Shown here: positions 38,121 to 48,979 of the stretch, one piece after another
Position numbering within the stretch: position 1 is the first letter of the stretch
Layout: the number at the start of each line of letters is the position of its first letter
Origin: Spirochaetia bacterium
GTDB taxonomy: Bacteria; Spirochaetota; Spirochaetia; SP-2023
Length of the DNA stretch: 64,000 nucleotides
Assembly (NCBI GenBank): GCA_965263295.1
Contig: OZ253665.1
Span: 544,001 to 608,000, forward strand
Direction of reading: 5' to 3'
Made by a program: the position numbers and the translations under genes
The notes under the pieces: generated by a model
What the model was told of the DNA's origin: nothing
What the model saw: the letters and a program-made list of their open reading frames with translations, nothing else
Database searches by the model: none

Positions 38121-38460
38121 GCCCCCCCGTCTAGATTTCGTGAACTTTCGCCACCTTTCGTGCCCTTTCGTGGTCCCCGGGCCAAGTAACCACGAAAAAC
38201 ACTAAAAAAAATACGAACAACACGAAAAATTCTAAAATACCGCCCCTGCTGCCTGAACGCCTCTAGCAGCTCCCGTCATCCATCCAGCCCCTATTTTAAC
38301 TTTTCCCGGTCACCCAAAGCTCCCCATGTGCCACCCGCGGCTCCCCAGCCTAACTTTCGTGACTTTTCGCCAACTTTCGTGCAATTCGTGGTTCCTTTCC
38401 AGAGTCTCTGGCCAAGTAACCACGAAAAACACTAAAAAAATACGAACAACACGAAAAAGA
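38121..38460. repeat. Modular CACGAAA-type palindromic repeat cluster, copy 2
   Basis: About 49-bp direct repeat at 38180-38229 and 38410-38458, each preceded by TTTCGTG runs; reverse complement of blocks in 13273-13630. Confidence 0.88.
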
Positions 38461-38593
38461 CACCGGCCCACTGTTTTCCGACAGCGGCAGGCCGCGCAAG
38501 TTATATCCAGCTTTAATCCATGAGGCTGTAACGGCGGATAATTATCGCTATCATGCTCCCGAATGAACCGCTTCGGTGAGCGGGGAAATCGCA

Positions 38594-41500
38594 ATGCCTT
38601 TGACGAGGCCAAATGCCGCGCTAACGCGCCAACAGGGGGAAATTTTGCTTTCTGATTTCCAGAATTGCCGGACCAGCCAAAGAGATCAAAACCAGGGGCA
38701 GCAAATTCATCGGCGATTCGAAAATGAGCTGGCGGCCCTCGGCGCAGCCCATTCTTTTCGCTTGGAATACAGCGAATCCTTGACCTTGCCCGAATGTCCA
38801 GAAGAGGGCGCTCTGGCGGCTTCTCTGTGCCACCGCAGCGGAGTGCGAATTTACCTCGTGGCTTGCGAATCACAAGAGTCCGCCTTTAGTTATTGCTTCG
38901 CCACGCCGCCGCAAAATGACAAGGGTTTGGCCCACATCATCGAGCATACGGTGTTCTGTGGTTCGCGCAACTATCCGCTAAAGGAACCTTTTGCCAACTT
39001 GCAGAAGACCAGTGTCTGCAGTTTTTTGAATGCCATGACGTATCCAGAGCAGACGCTCTATCCGGCGGCGAGCTCTTTTGCGCCGGACTTCTTGCAGTTG
39101 TTTAAAGTTTACGGCGATGCCGTGTTTTTTCCTTTGCTTGAGGATCAGGCCTTCGCGCAAGAAGGTCTGCGGCAGGCGGCGCAAGGCCTTGAAGGTATTG
39201 TCTTTAATGAAATGCGCGGGTATTACGGCGATTTCGATGCCTATGTGGCGGACTCCAGCTTGCGCGGCTTGTTCCCTCCTGGCCATCCCAATAGTTTTGA
39301 CGCCGGTGGCGATCCGCGCGCCATTGCCCAGATTGACTGCCGCGATTACCAAGAATTGCGTGAATTCCATCGGAGCCACTACCGCCCACAGAATTGCCGC
39401 ATCGTGATGTATGGCTCAATACCGCGGCGGCATTTGACGGAAATTCTAAAATATCTAGACGGCGAACTGCTGAGTTCCTTCGGTGACTCCGCTGCCGACA
39501 TAATCCAGGAATGTCCGAATTGGGAACTGCCACGGCGGCAGAAACTTTATCAGGCCGTGCCGGTAGAGGCCGCCGGCGAGCGCCGGCGCAGCGTTGTGCT
39601 GAGCTGGCTGTTGCCGCCACAATGTTGTGCTCGCAGCAGTGTGGAATACCGTTTGCTGGAGGAACTACTATTAGGCAATTCGGGGGCCGTGTGGGAATTG
39701 CCAATCATGCGTAGCGGCTGGGGCGCCGAGCTGAGCCTGGGCAGTGGCCTGGAATTCGATTTGCACGACGCGGTGTTGCGCGTCGGCCTGAGTGCGTATC
39801 AGCCGCGGGACGCCCGAGATTTTCACAATTTAGTCCTCAATGCCTTGCACGAATTTTGCGATCGGGCCGAACAACTTAAAAAAAGACTTGGCAAACGGCC
39901 GGGAGAACAGCCTGGAGTCTCCAGCATCCCAATAAATTCCGATGAAAATTCCCACGTAAATTCCGACGTAAATTCTAAAGGGGTGGAAGCAAGTGGAATT
40001 AAAGTGGAATTAAAATTGCTGTGGGAAGGGGCCCTCAACAGCTTGGAATACGAAGATTATTCGTTGGGCGAATCCGGCGGTGAGGATGGCATTTGCGCGT
40101 TGGAGCGTTGCCTGCAGCTAGCCAGAGCCAGTCTTTTTTACGTCCGCGGTGCCGCTAGCCGCTCTCGCCCGTCTGCTGCTTCTGTGTGCGCTCAAACTGC
40201 GCGGCTGCGCGAAGTCTTTGCTGCATTGCAACCTTCTGCTGTCGTTGCATCCTTGCGCCGCGAAGGTCTGGCGGCTTTTGCCGCCAAGGTGCGCGGCTGG
40301 ACGTTGGATAACCCTCACTGGACATTGCAGCTGTTTGAAGGCGTGACAGCTGCGGATGGCGAGGAGGAGATCGCCGTGCCGTTAGACTTGCAGCTGGATG
40401 CCGGGCGCTTGGCCCAGCGCCAAAAAGCCTTTACAGCGTATCAGCGACGTCGCGACACTTTGGAGCAGTCGGCCCGAATTGTGGCCATGGGGCGCGATGA
40501 GTTTGACGAGTCGCCGCCCTTGGTCGAAGCTGAACATTATCTCGACGGCGATGTCGAGTTTTTTTGCAGCCGGCAAAATGCAAAGGCCAGTCTGATTATT
40601 TTGGATTTTTACTGGGAAATTAGTGACTGGAAGGAAGAAAGATTGCGGCTGTTGCCGCTTTTGCTGGACCTGCTCGACGATATGGGCTTGCCTGGCATTG
40701 GCTATGCTGAAGTGGCCAAGCAAAAATCCCTGACTATAGGGAGTTGTGAAATGGGTATTAGCTTGCAGCGGTTGTTCCGCGCTGAAGCTCCTCCCGTCGG
40801 TCATGCCGATTCCGAACCTGATGTGGCTCCTCTGCGCAGCTTTGTGCATGTTCAGCTCAGCTTTTTGCCGACTGAGTGGCGCCGTGGCCTCGCCCTGTTC
40901 TGGCGGCTGCTGAGTTCCTGTGACTGGGGAGACCACAGGCGCTTGCGGGAATTGCTACAGAGTTTGTATTATGACCGTACTCAGGAGCTTTGCTCTAATC
41001 CGCTGGAATATTGTGCTCGCCGTAGTTTTTATCGGTTGAGTCGCAACTCAGCTGTCCCCTTGACGCAGAGCGCCCGTCTGCAGGCCCAGCTGGATGAGTA
41101 TTTTTATGGTTTGGAACAGGTAGAACTGTTGGTCCAAATTTGCCGGCAGCAGGACGCTTTGCCGGCAAATTTTACCGGCTTGCAACAAGCCTTGTTGCAA
41201 GCCCCTTTGTCTTGCGCAATAAGTGCGCCTGTGTGTGAGCAGGGAGCTCTGCGTTCGTCGATTTGTGAAGCTCTGGCTGCCGCCCGCGCTGTGGTGCCAC
41301 CCAATTCACAGCCACACCGGGATTTGCCGGCAGGTTTCGCCTTGTCGCCGCCTGTCGATTTGAATGCCGCTGACTTAGAGTTGTGGCAGGGTGGCATAGC
41401 GTTGGAACACTTGTGCATCGCTTTGCCAGCCCCGTACTGGAATTATACGGGTGCGAGTCCAAAAGTGAGCGCCACTAATCCAGCTCTGGAGCTGCTGGTG

Positions 41501-42004
41501 AAACTGCTGCAAAGCGGGAGCGCCTGGGAAAAGATTCGCTTGCAACAGGGGGCATATGGGGTGCGGGTAAGGCAACAGAGCGGTTTTCTTTCATTGAGCA
41601 GTAGCCAAGATCCCGACGCTCTGCATAGTATGGAATTATTCCGCCAGGCCATCGTCGGGCTGCGCGAGCAGGCTGCGGAGCCTTCGGAAGAGTTTGGCCG
41701 AGAATTTGAGGCGGCCCTAGTGCAAGCTCTGGCAGCCAGACTTAAAGTACCATTGATCAGCCAGCATGCCCGCATTGCGCTGATTCAGGCAAAGACGGGA
41801 CTGGGACATGAGGACTCACGCAAATGGTTACAGCGGCTGCGTGAATTGCAGCCATTAGACCTTGTGCCGATCGCCGATTTTCTACTTGAGCAGTGGCCAC
41901 AGCGCAGCAACTGTATTTTTGCGGCCGGTGGCCGCATCGATACCAAGCGCTGTGGTGAATATGGCTTGAACCTTCAAGCTCGGCAACTAACGCGCTATAA
42001 GTAA
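38594..42004 (+). CDS. M16C (insulinase/PreP-like) metallopeptidase
   Basis: HIIEHTVFCGS..YPLKEPF, FLNAMT, GIVFNEM, IRLQQGAYG; start could be 38576. Confidence 0.85.
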   Translation: MPLTRPNAALTRQQGEILLSDFQNCRTSQRDQNQGQQIHRRFENELAALGAAHSFRLEYSESLTLPECPEEGALAASLCHRSGVRIYLVACESQESAFSYCFATPPQNDKGLAHIIEHTVFCGSRNYPLKEPFANLQKTSVCSFLNAMTYPEQTLYPAASSFAPDFLQLFKVYGDAVFFPLLEDQAFAQEGLRQAAQGLEGIVFNEMRGYYGDFDAYVADSSLRGLFPPGHPNSFDAGGDPRAIAQIDCRDYQELREFHRSHYRPQNCRIVMYGSIPRRHLTEILKYLDGELLSSFGDSAADIIQECPNWELPRRQKLYQAVPVEAAGERRRSVVLSWLLPPQCCARSSVEYRLLEELLLGNSGAVWELPIMRSGWGAELSLGSGLEFDLHDAVLRVGLSAYQPRDARDFHNLVLNALHEFCDRAEQLKKRLGKRPGEQPGVSSIPINSDENSHVNSDVNSKGVEASGIKVELKLLWEGALNSLEYEDYSLGESGGEDGICALERCLQLARASLFYVRGAASRSRPSAASVCAQTARLREVFAALQPSAVVASLRREGLAAFAAKVRGWTLDNPHWTLQLFEGVTAADGEEEIAVPLDLQLDAGRLAQRQKAFTAYQRRRDTLEQSARIVAMGRDEFDESPPLVEAEHYLDGDVEFFCSRQNAKASLIILDFYWEISDWKEERLRLLPLLLDLLDDMGLPGIGYAEVAKQKSLTIGSCEMGISLQRLFRAEAPPVGHADSEPDVAPLRSFVHVQLSFLPTEWRRGLALFWRLLSSCDWGDHRRLRELLQSLYYDRTQELCSNPLEYCARRSFYRLSRNSAVPLTQSARLQAQLDEYFYGLEQVELLVQICRQQDALPANFTGLQQALLQAPLSCAISAPVCEQGALRSSICEALAAARAVVPPNSQPHRDLPAGFALSPPVDLNAADLELWQGGIALEHLCIALPAPYWNYTGASPKVSATNPALELLVKLLQSGSAWEKIRLQQGAYGVRVRQQSGFLSLSSSQDPDALHSMELFRQAIVGLREQAAEPSEEFGREFEAALVQALAARLKVPLISQHARIALIQAKTGLGHEDSRKWLQRLRELQPLDLVPIADFLLEQWPQRSNCIFAAGGRIDTKRCGEYGLNLQARQLTRYK

Positions 42005-42040
42005 TATATTTTCAGTAGGATTAGAAAACGGTCGGCCATT

Positions 42041-42065
42041 GCTCTGAATATATCACATTCAGAGC
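42041..42065 (+). terminator. Stem-loop after the M16 peptidase (terminator or operator)
   Basis: GCTCTGAAT-7 nt-ATTCAGAGC; no clear U tract. Confidence 0.4.
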
Positions 42066-42260
42066 GGGGAGCTCAGGGTTTAAAATGGAACGGCTCACAA
42101 TTTTGCCAGAAACTCTATCCAAGTTTGCCGATTTTATTATAATCCCGGCTTTTTCTACTATGGATATAAAAAATTAAGCTGTCGGGTCCCCGGCTTTATT
42201 TTATTCATATCTATTTTATTTATAGTATTTTAAAACGGAATATAACGATGGGGAAATATT

Positions 42261-42914
42261 GTGTTTCAAAATCTGACGTATTATAGTTGCAAATTTTTTG
42301 CAACTATAAATTTTTACCGCAGCAATTGGGCTCACTCACTAGCTATCGGTTTTGGCTTTTTGCTTGGCACTATTCCGAGAGAAAGTGGTCTTTTAATATG
42401 GTTGCTGTTGGCTCTCGCGTGCTGGATTCCCATGAACCATTTAACAATGTTGCTTGTCGCTTTGTTCTGCAGTGTAGTCAAACCTGTTATTTTGCCTTTG
42501 CAAGTTGAAATCGGTAGTTGGCTCCTCGAAAATATGTTGTTTTACAATTTGTTTCGCCTGTTTGACAATTTGCCGCTACTGCCGTGGCTGCACTTAAACC
42601 GTGCCGACATTCTTGGGTCGCTGTGTCTCGGTCTGTCGCTGGGTTCACTTTTGGTACTGCTGAGCTTTAGTGTCTTTTCACCTATTGTCCGGCATGGAAG
42701 GCAGTCAATTCTAAAGGTTCACTGGCAGAAAATAATGCAGACTATTTCTCGTCATTTAGCCGGGCATTTGCCTCGGCTTCCAAACCTGCTGCAAAGCAAA
42801 AAGTTTCAGGAATTGCGTCACGAATACGTACAGGCAAGGAAGGCTTTGCTACTAGCTGAAACTGCCGAGGACTTGAATCTCGGCGAGAGCAACGGTAGCC
42901 CCGACTTCTTTTGA
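42261..42914 (+). CDS. Membrane protein, TIGR03546/DUF2062-like
   Basis: LAIGFGFLLGTIP...IGSWLL...LPLLPWLHLN..LGS pattern; paired with the next gene. Confidence 0.6.
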   Translation: MFQNLTYYSCKFFATINFYRSNWAHSLAIGFGFLLGTIPRESGLLIWLLLALACWIPMNHLTMLLVALFCSVVKPVILPLQVEIGSWLLENMLFYNLFRLFDNLPLLPWLHLNRADILGSLCLGLSLGSLLVLLSFSVFSPIVRHGRQSILKVHWQKIMQTISRHLAGHLPRLPNLLQSKKFQELRHEYVQARKALLLAETAEDLNLGESNGSPDFF

Positions 42915-45166
42915 CAGGTAGAAGATTAATGAAAAAATTGGGGGACAGACTCTGGAATGGCGAGAATCGCCTGCGTAAAGCACATCGCGGATTACGCCGA
43001 TTGCGAGAAGGCCTAAATACCCGTGAGCTTGAAAAACAGTACCTGCGTTATTTGGATGCTGAAGATCAGCGCGGTGAGCTTTCTTCGTTTATGATGCCTG
43101 AAGGGCAGCTGGTTTTGCGACAGCGATTGCAAAAACGGGAATACCAGCACCTGCTGTATTTACTTAAAATTGTGCGGCGCAATCGTCAGCAAGTACATCA
43201 GGTATTGTTTTTCGTTGTGAGTACTGTTGCCGCCATCCTGGTTGTGGGGTTTGTCCTGTTGAAGAGTCCACTTTTGGCTGAGTTTCTAGAGAACCGTCTG
43301 GGGGAGGTTTTCGCTACTTCTGTGACGATCTATTCTCCTAGTTTGCATTGGAATGGTAAATTGGAATATGCGGGGATCAGTATTGCTCGACCTGAATTCT
43401 TTTCTCGTACTGCCGCAGAAGATGATAAGCTGTCCAATTTGCGCGAGACTACGGCCAACAGTATTATTGAGTTGGGTCCGGGTTCGTTAAAAATTTCGTT
43501 GTGGGCGCTTTTGCAAAATAAAATATTGTTAAATGATTTTTTAAGCCAATCTATTCAGTTGAAACCTTGGGTCAGTGAGCGGCAGAACGAATGGTCGGAT
43601 GTAGGTGAGCCACTTGGTGAAGTGAATGAATCAGAGAAAACACTGCCGGTAAATTTAGAAATAGATGGAATAATTCTTGATGCCAAGGAGAATTTTGCCA
43701 GTTATCAAAATGTCCAGCGTTTGGCCCGTGAATTTTCTGCGGGCAAGAACTGGAAGGGGCAGATCGTTCAAAATCAGCAACTAATCTCAGAAAACTATGG
43801 TCTGCTGAGTCAGGTGAATGTCAGCCGGGTAACTTTACAAAACGGTGAGAGTTTATTGCAGCAAGCCCGCGATTTATATGCCAGACTGCAGCAGCAGGTA
43901 AGTGATGTCAACGCTCAGCTGGGCGAGATGAATACTCAGTTGGGGAATGGCAATTATGTACTGAATTCTCTCAGCAGTACTTTTGAAAGTGATTTTAAGG
44001 CTTTGCAGAACGGCATCTTGAATGGCGATATTTTGCGGGCTCCGGTGGATTATTTGGCATGTTCTTACTTGCATAGGCATTTGCGGAATTTTGGTGAGAT
44101 CAGCTTATGGCTGGCGGCCGTGCTGCGTAATTTGCAACAGTATCGACGCGATGAGTTAATAGGTAATGCATATATTGGCCAGCGCAAGAAACTGAGTCCG
44201 GCATTCGTTCATTTTAATAATAACGTGATAACGCCCGAATATGAATTTTCGGCCATGCTATATCCAAAGTTTGCGGTAGAATATTTTGAAGCTGGGTTTG
44301 CAACTTTAAATGGTAGTGTCGGGGGGAATCTGAAGATTTCGACGCTGAGCAGTGATGGTGATGTCTGGCAGAGCCCTGTTGTGGCTGTGTATGACAGCCT
44401 TCAAGAAAATGAACACAATCAGCTGCAGTTGTTGTTTGAAAATCGCCAGCTGCCGGTCAGCCAGCTGCCACGTCACCCGCATGATTGCGATGTATTTGGA
44501 TTGGATATCTGTGCCGATAACAAGTTGTCTAAGGCTCATTTGCTGCGCAGTCAAAAAGAATTCATGGTGCCAGAGAGCTATTTTCATACCGCCAACCTCG
44601 GTTTTATTCACAGCTATAGAGCTACACTCAATTTAGAAGTGAATGTCAAATATGCCGCAGAGGCGGATATAAAAGAGGGCAAAAAGGAAGGGACCAGCCT
44701 TGAGGTGGAACTTGTGGCTGAGCTCCGGGATGCGATGCCCTATACCGATAGTGAGCTGAATGCTTTGCAGCAGGCTCTGGTGGCGATACTTTCGCAATAC
44801 CCTCTGCGAATTACGGCTCATTTCTTCCTGGACGAAGAAAAGCCAGAGTGGCTGCGGGATTTTAAAGTTGACAGTAACATTCAGGATATTTTAGTTTCGA
44901 CTCTGGGGGACAGGGAAGGAACAACGGGAGCTTGGCAAAATGCTATTTCCCAATTACGGCAGCGCCTGAATGGCGACTTAAGGGCCATAATGCAGCCTTT
45001 GCAGCAGAAGATTTCTGCACTCTATGATTACCGTTACCGCTTGCAACAGCAATCATACACACTGGCTCAGCAACAGAATAATGCTGAAGTGGCCCCAAGT
45101 TACATTGAGGGAGAGATGGAGCGACAACGTATATATTACCAGAGCCAGAATGCGCCCAACCCTTAA
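42911..45166 (+). CDS. Single-TM protein, TIGR03545-like
   Basis: One TM helix, AsmA-like segment and coiled coils; overlaps the upstream partner. Confidence 0.5.
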   Translation: MTGRRLMKKLGDRLWNGENRLRKAHRGLRRLREGLNTRELEKQYLRYLDAEDQRGELSSFMMPEGQLVLRQRLQKREYQHLLYLLKIVRRNRQQVHQVLFFVVSTVAAILVVGFVLLKSPLLAEFLENRLGEVFATSVTIYSPSLHWNGKLEYAGISIARPEFFSRTAAEDDKLSNLRETTANSIIELGPGSLKISLWALLQNKILLNDFLSQSIQLKPWVSERQNEWSDVGEPLGEVNESEKTLPVNLEIDGIILDAKENFASYQNVQRLAREFSAGKNWKGQIVQNQQLISENYGLLSQVNVSRVTLQNGESLLQQARDLYARLQQQVSDVNAQLGEMNTQLGNGNYVLNSLSSTFESDFKALQNGILNGDILRAPVDYLACSYLHRHLRNFGEISLWLAAVLRNLQQYRRDELIGNAYIGQRKKLSPAFVHFNNNVITPEYEFSAMLYPKFAVEYFEAGFATLNGSVGGNLKISTLSSDGDVWQSPVVAVYDSLQENEHNQLQLLFENRQLPVSQLPRHPHDCDVFGLDICADNKLSKAHLLRSQKEFMVPESYFHTANLGFIHSYRATLNLEVNVKYAAEADIKEGKKEGTSLEVELVAELRDAMPYTDSELNALQQALVAILSQYPLRITAHFFLDEEKPEWLRDFKVDSNIQDILVSTLGDREGTTGAWQNAISQLRQRLNGDLRAIMQPLQQKISALYDYRYRLQQQSYTLAQQQNNAEVAPSYIEGEMERQRIYYQSQNAPNP

Positions 45167-45237
45167 TTTTCCCTTTGAATACGTTGCAGATTACAGCCAT
45201 AGTTCCATGCAGAATGAAGCGCGAGTAGGAGCCTAAT

Positions 45238-46665
45238 ATGTCAGAGTTACAAACCCAAGACAATCGCAGAGTGGTGAACCGGTTTTTAAAAGAACAACAC
45301 CTGAGTTGTGGCCAGTTGGATTCCGAGAGCTTGCTTGTAGATTATTTGGCGGAAATGGAAAAAGGCTTGAAGTGTCCGCGCACATCTTCTTTAAAGATGA
45401 TACCAGCCTATGTCTCTGCAGATCGGACTTTGCGCCGTAATCAGCCCGCCCTAGTACTGGATGCGGGCGGAACGAACTTACGTTGTGCTTTGATTACGTT
45501 GCCCGATTCGGGTGAAACTTTGATAGAGCACTTCTCTAAACGTGAAATGCCGGCGTTGAGGCGCGAATTCAGTGCAGCGGAATTTTATGCGGAAATAGTC
45601 GAATTTATCGCAACGGCTTTGGAAAGTTACGCTCAGCGGTATCGCGGCCGCGGACCGCAATGTCTAGGCTTTTGTTTTTCTTATCCCACAAAGATTGTCA
45701 TGGCGGAGAACGGAGACCTGGACGGTAAGCTGCTGCAGTGGAGCAAAGAAATCAAGGTTCCGGAACTCGTGGGTCAATATGTCGGTCGGGGATTGCTGGC
45801 GTGCCTGCGCCAGCGCTTTGGCATTCTGGCTCCAGAGCATGTATATATTATTAACGATACGGTGGCTACTTTGCTCGCGGGACAGTCTGTGGCAGACGAT
45901 GCCGATTATTCCGATTTTATCGGTTACATCTTGGGCACCGGTATCAACAGTTGCTATGCCGAAGTTCGAGAGCAAATTGCGACGCTGGACGGCCGTTACG
46001 TCGATGCCCGTTCCATAATCAATGTAGAATCGGGTAATTACAGTCGTTTCCCACAGAGCCCGGTCGACCGTGAGTACGATGCCCTGACTCAGGCTCCGGG
46101 GGCTTATTTGCAGGAGAAAGCTTGCTCTGGGCGATATTGGGGTGAATTAGTGACTTGTGCTCTGCGCGCGGCCGCGCGTCATGGCATTCTGCCGGAAGCT
46201 TTAATTCATTTGCCTCTGCAGAGCAGTACCACGATGAATTCATTTCTGCATCATCCCGGCAAGCCTAGAGCCCGGCGCGTAACGACTTTCAGTCCGCTAG
46301 AAGCCTGGCTGGAAGAACATCGCGTGGACATAAATGCTCGTGAACGCATTTATTTTATTACAAAATCTATACTTGAGCGAAGTGCTTTGTTTACGGCTAC
46401 AAATATGGCAGCCTGTATTTTGCGTTCGGGCGGGGGGCTTTCCCCGCTGCGACCTATTTGCCTGACGGTGGATGGAGCAACTTTCTATGCTTTGCATCAT
46501 TTTGAGCGCCAGGTGGCTTACTGGTTGGATCAGATATTATCTGAAAGTAAGCACCGCAAGCGTTATTACCGCATTAAGCGGGTTGAAAATGCCCCCTTGT
46601 TGGGCGCCGCGATAGCGGCCTTGGGTTTTGCGCCGGGTTTTGCATCGGATTTCGCCCCACAGTAG
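45238..46665 (+). CDS. Hexokinase (eukaryote-like family)
   Basis: LKMIP, LDAGGTNLR, LGFCFSYP, WSK, INDTVATL, ILGTGINSCY. Confidence 0.9.
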   Translation: MSELQTQDNRRVVNRFLKEQHLSCGQLDSESLLVDYLAEMEKGLKCPRTSSLKMIPAYVSADRTLRRNQPALVLDAGGTNLRCALITLPDSGETLIEHFSKREMPALRREFSAAEFYAEIVEFIATALESYAQRYRGRGPQCLGFCFSYPTKIVMAENGDLDGKLLQWSKEIKVPELVGQYVGRGLLACLRQRFGILAPEHVYIINDTVATLLAGQSVADDADYSDFIGYILGTGINSCYAEVREQIATLDGRYVDARSIINVESGNYSRFPQSPVDREYDALTQAPGAYLQEKACSGRYWGELVTCALRAAARHGILPEALIHLPLQSSTTMNSFLHHPGKPRARRVTTFSPLEAWLEEHRVDINARERIYFITKSILERSALFTATNMAACILRSGGGLSPLRPICLTVDGATFYALHHFERQVAYWLDQILSESKHRKRYYRIKRVENAPLLGAAIAALGFAPGFASDFAPQ

Positions 46666-46772
46666 GTTTTTACAAAAAAATAAATTTTTGTGAAATCACT
46701 GTACGGACTGGCAGGCTTTGCACTATAGTAAGCTGTTACAAACAGATAAATATTAAACTAAATGGTAATACA

Positions 46773-48080
46773 ATGTTAGACCTGAAATTTGTGGTACAGA
46801 ATGCCGAAGCGGTGCAGCGCAATGTTGATAACCGTTTTTTGACTCACCCGCCGGCGATTGACGAAATAGTCCGGCTTCATCAAGAGCACCGTCATTTAAA
46901 GTTGGAACTTGAGGAACTGCGTCAGCGGCGCAATGAAAATGCGGCGGCGGCCAAAAATCTGGGCAAGATGAGCCCCGCGCAGCGTGAGCTTGCCCGGCAG
47001 GGCATAACTGAACAAGGTAAGGAAATTAAAGGGATTTTAGCGGAGAAAGAGCTACGTTTCCAAAAACTGGACGAAAGCTTGCGGCAACAGGCCCGCATGC
47101 TGCCGAATATGACTCACCCGGATGTTCCTGTGGGCAAAGGAGATACCGGTAACAGGGAGCTTTATATTGTTGGCGAGCGCCCTGAGTTTGGCTTTAGTCC
47201 CAAGGGCCACCTTGAGCTAATGCAGGAAAATGATTGGATAGATTTTGAGAGCGCGGCACGAGTCACGGGGGCTAAATACTACTACTTAAAAAATGACGCC
47301 GTTTTTCTGGAAATGTCTCTGACCCGTTTTGCTGCGGATGTTTTGAAAAAACATGGTTTTTCCATGTGCATAACACCGGATCTAGCTCGCGAAGAGATTC
47401 TGAGCGGGATCGGGTTCCAGCCGCGCGGCGCGGAATCCAACACTTATATGTTGCAAGACGATAATTTATGCTTGATTGGTACGGCTGAAATAACCTTGGG
47501 GGGGATGTACAGTGGTCAAATTGTCGACGTTGCCGACAAAGCGATCATGCTAGGTGGGTTCTCGCATTGCTTCCGCAAGGAGTCCGGGGCTTCGGGCCAG
47601 TATTCTAAGGGCTTGTATCGCGTCCATCAGTTCAGCAAGGTGGAAATGTTTATTTTTTGCAGGCCAGATGAATCGGAGGCCATGCATCAGAAATTATTAG
47701 CTATTGAAGAAGAAATATTTCAGGCCCTGGAAATTCCCTATCGTGTGCTGGATATCTGTAGCGGAGATCTGGGAGCGCCGGCCTACCGCAAGTACGACCT
47801 GGAAGCCTGGATGCCGGGACGCGGGCGCGGTGGAGAATGGGGTGAAATTACTTCAGCTTCTAACTGTACTGACTATCAAGCCCGGCGTCTTGGGATCCGC
47901 TACCGCGACGAAGAAGGCCAAAATGTTTTGGTCCATACTTTAAATGGAACGGCTGTCGCCCTCTCACGCGCGGTGATTGCCATTGTCGAAAATCATCAGC
48001 AAGCAGATGCTTCGGTTTGTATTCCCGCTGCGTTACAGCCGTATATGGGTTGTGGTCGGATTGGGCCCCATAATAAATAG
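46773..48080 (+). CDS. serS: Serine--tRNA ligase
   Basis: GTAE, FRKE, LYRVHQFSKVE, SNCTDYQARRL, HTLNGT. Confidence 0.96.
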   Translation: MLDLKFVVQNAEAVQRNVDNRFLTHPPAIDEIVRLHQEHRHLKLELEELRQRRNENAAAAKNLGKMSPAQRELARQGITEQGKEIKGILAEKELRFQKLDESLRQQARMLPNMTHPDVPVGKGDTGNRELYIVGERPEFGFSPKGHLELMQENDWIDFESAARVTGAKYYYLKNDAVFLEMSLTRFAADVLKKHGFSMCITPDLAREEILSGIGFQPRGAESNTYMLQDDNLCLIGTAEITLGGMYSGQIVDVADKAIMLGGFSHCFRKESGASGQYSKGLYRVHQFSKVEMFIFCRPDESEAMHQKLLAIEEEIFQALEIPYRVLDICSGDLGAPAYRKYDLEAWMPGRGRGGEWGEITSASNCTDYQARRLGIRYRDEEGQNVLVHTLNGTAVALSRAVIAIVENHQQADASVCIPAALQPYMGCGRIGPHNK

Positions 48081-48127
48081 GTGTTTCAGAGGTAAGTGCA
48101 GCGGATAATTGTGGATTGCAATTTGAT

Positions 48128-48811
48128 ATGGGAGAAAAGGACAAGGATCGGAAGCTAAACATTGAGTCGGCTAGTCCAGATGATGTCGCCATGACATCTT
48201 GCTCGCAAACGGCGCCAGGCGGCTCCAATTTCGATATGGCTGTCGCATTAAAAATGTATCCTCCTGGTTTGCAAGGTCGGTCTGCAGGCATAAAGTATAC
48301 GGAGTGCCCTGGCCGGCAAAAGCAGCGGCGCGTAAAGCCAAGTAATTCCCAATTACGCCAGATAGAAGCTCCTTTTGGTGCTAGCGAGCGTGAAAATTAT
48401 GCCCATATCCTGCGGCATTACTCTCCCAGTGCCGAAGACCTTAAAGCAAAAGGCATGGTAACGGAGCATGCTGTGTGTGCGGGCAGGAGCAAAGGCCATC
48501 GCCGTCGCCAAGAGCTTAGGCGACGTAATATTGATGACGTGATAGATTTGCATGGTCTGTATCGGCAAGAAGCCCAAAAACGGCTGGAATCCTTCTTGCG
48601 AGATGCCCGGACCAGAGGCCTGCGTAAGGTTTGCATTGTACATGGCAAGGGACATCATTCCGCTAAAGGACGGGGAGTCCTACAAAGGCTAGTCTGCGAC
48701 TTTCTACATGAATACAAGGCTGCAGGCAAGGTTTTAGAATTTCATCATCCCCCCGAACGAGATGGCGGGAACGGTGCGACGATCGCCGTATTAGGGCGCA
48801 ATGTTAAGTGA
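48128..48811 (+). CDS. Smr/MutS2 domain protein
   Basis: IDLHG, IVHGKGHHS, GGNGAT. Confidence 0.85.
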   Translation: MGEKDKDRKLNIESASPDDVAMTSCSQTAPGGSNFDMAVALKMYPPGLQGRSAGIKYTECPGRQKQRRVKPSNSQLRQIEAPFGASERENYAHILRHYSPSAEDLKAKGMVTEHAVCAGRSKGHRRRQELRRRNIDDVIDLHGLYRQEAQKRLESFLRDARTRGLRKVCIVHGKGHHSAKGRGVLQRLVCDFLHEYKAAGKVLEFHHPPERDGGNGATIAVLGRNVK

Positions 48812-48979
48812 TTTTCAATTAAATCTTTTTTATGTAACATTATAACTTATTTTTAGGCGGAAAGCATTGATATAAAAGGCTCTTTGTTCTAAAAAAATAT
48901 GTTTTTCGATAAAATTTGTTGCTTAGCTCCGAGCTTCCCCACTATACTTGCTTCATAACAAAAACAAAGGAGTTTCCTT

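Noticed and set aside
45238..46665. Eukaryote-like hexokinase as evidence of cross-domain transfer
   Set aside because: The family is already known in spirochaetes and Bacteroidota.
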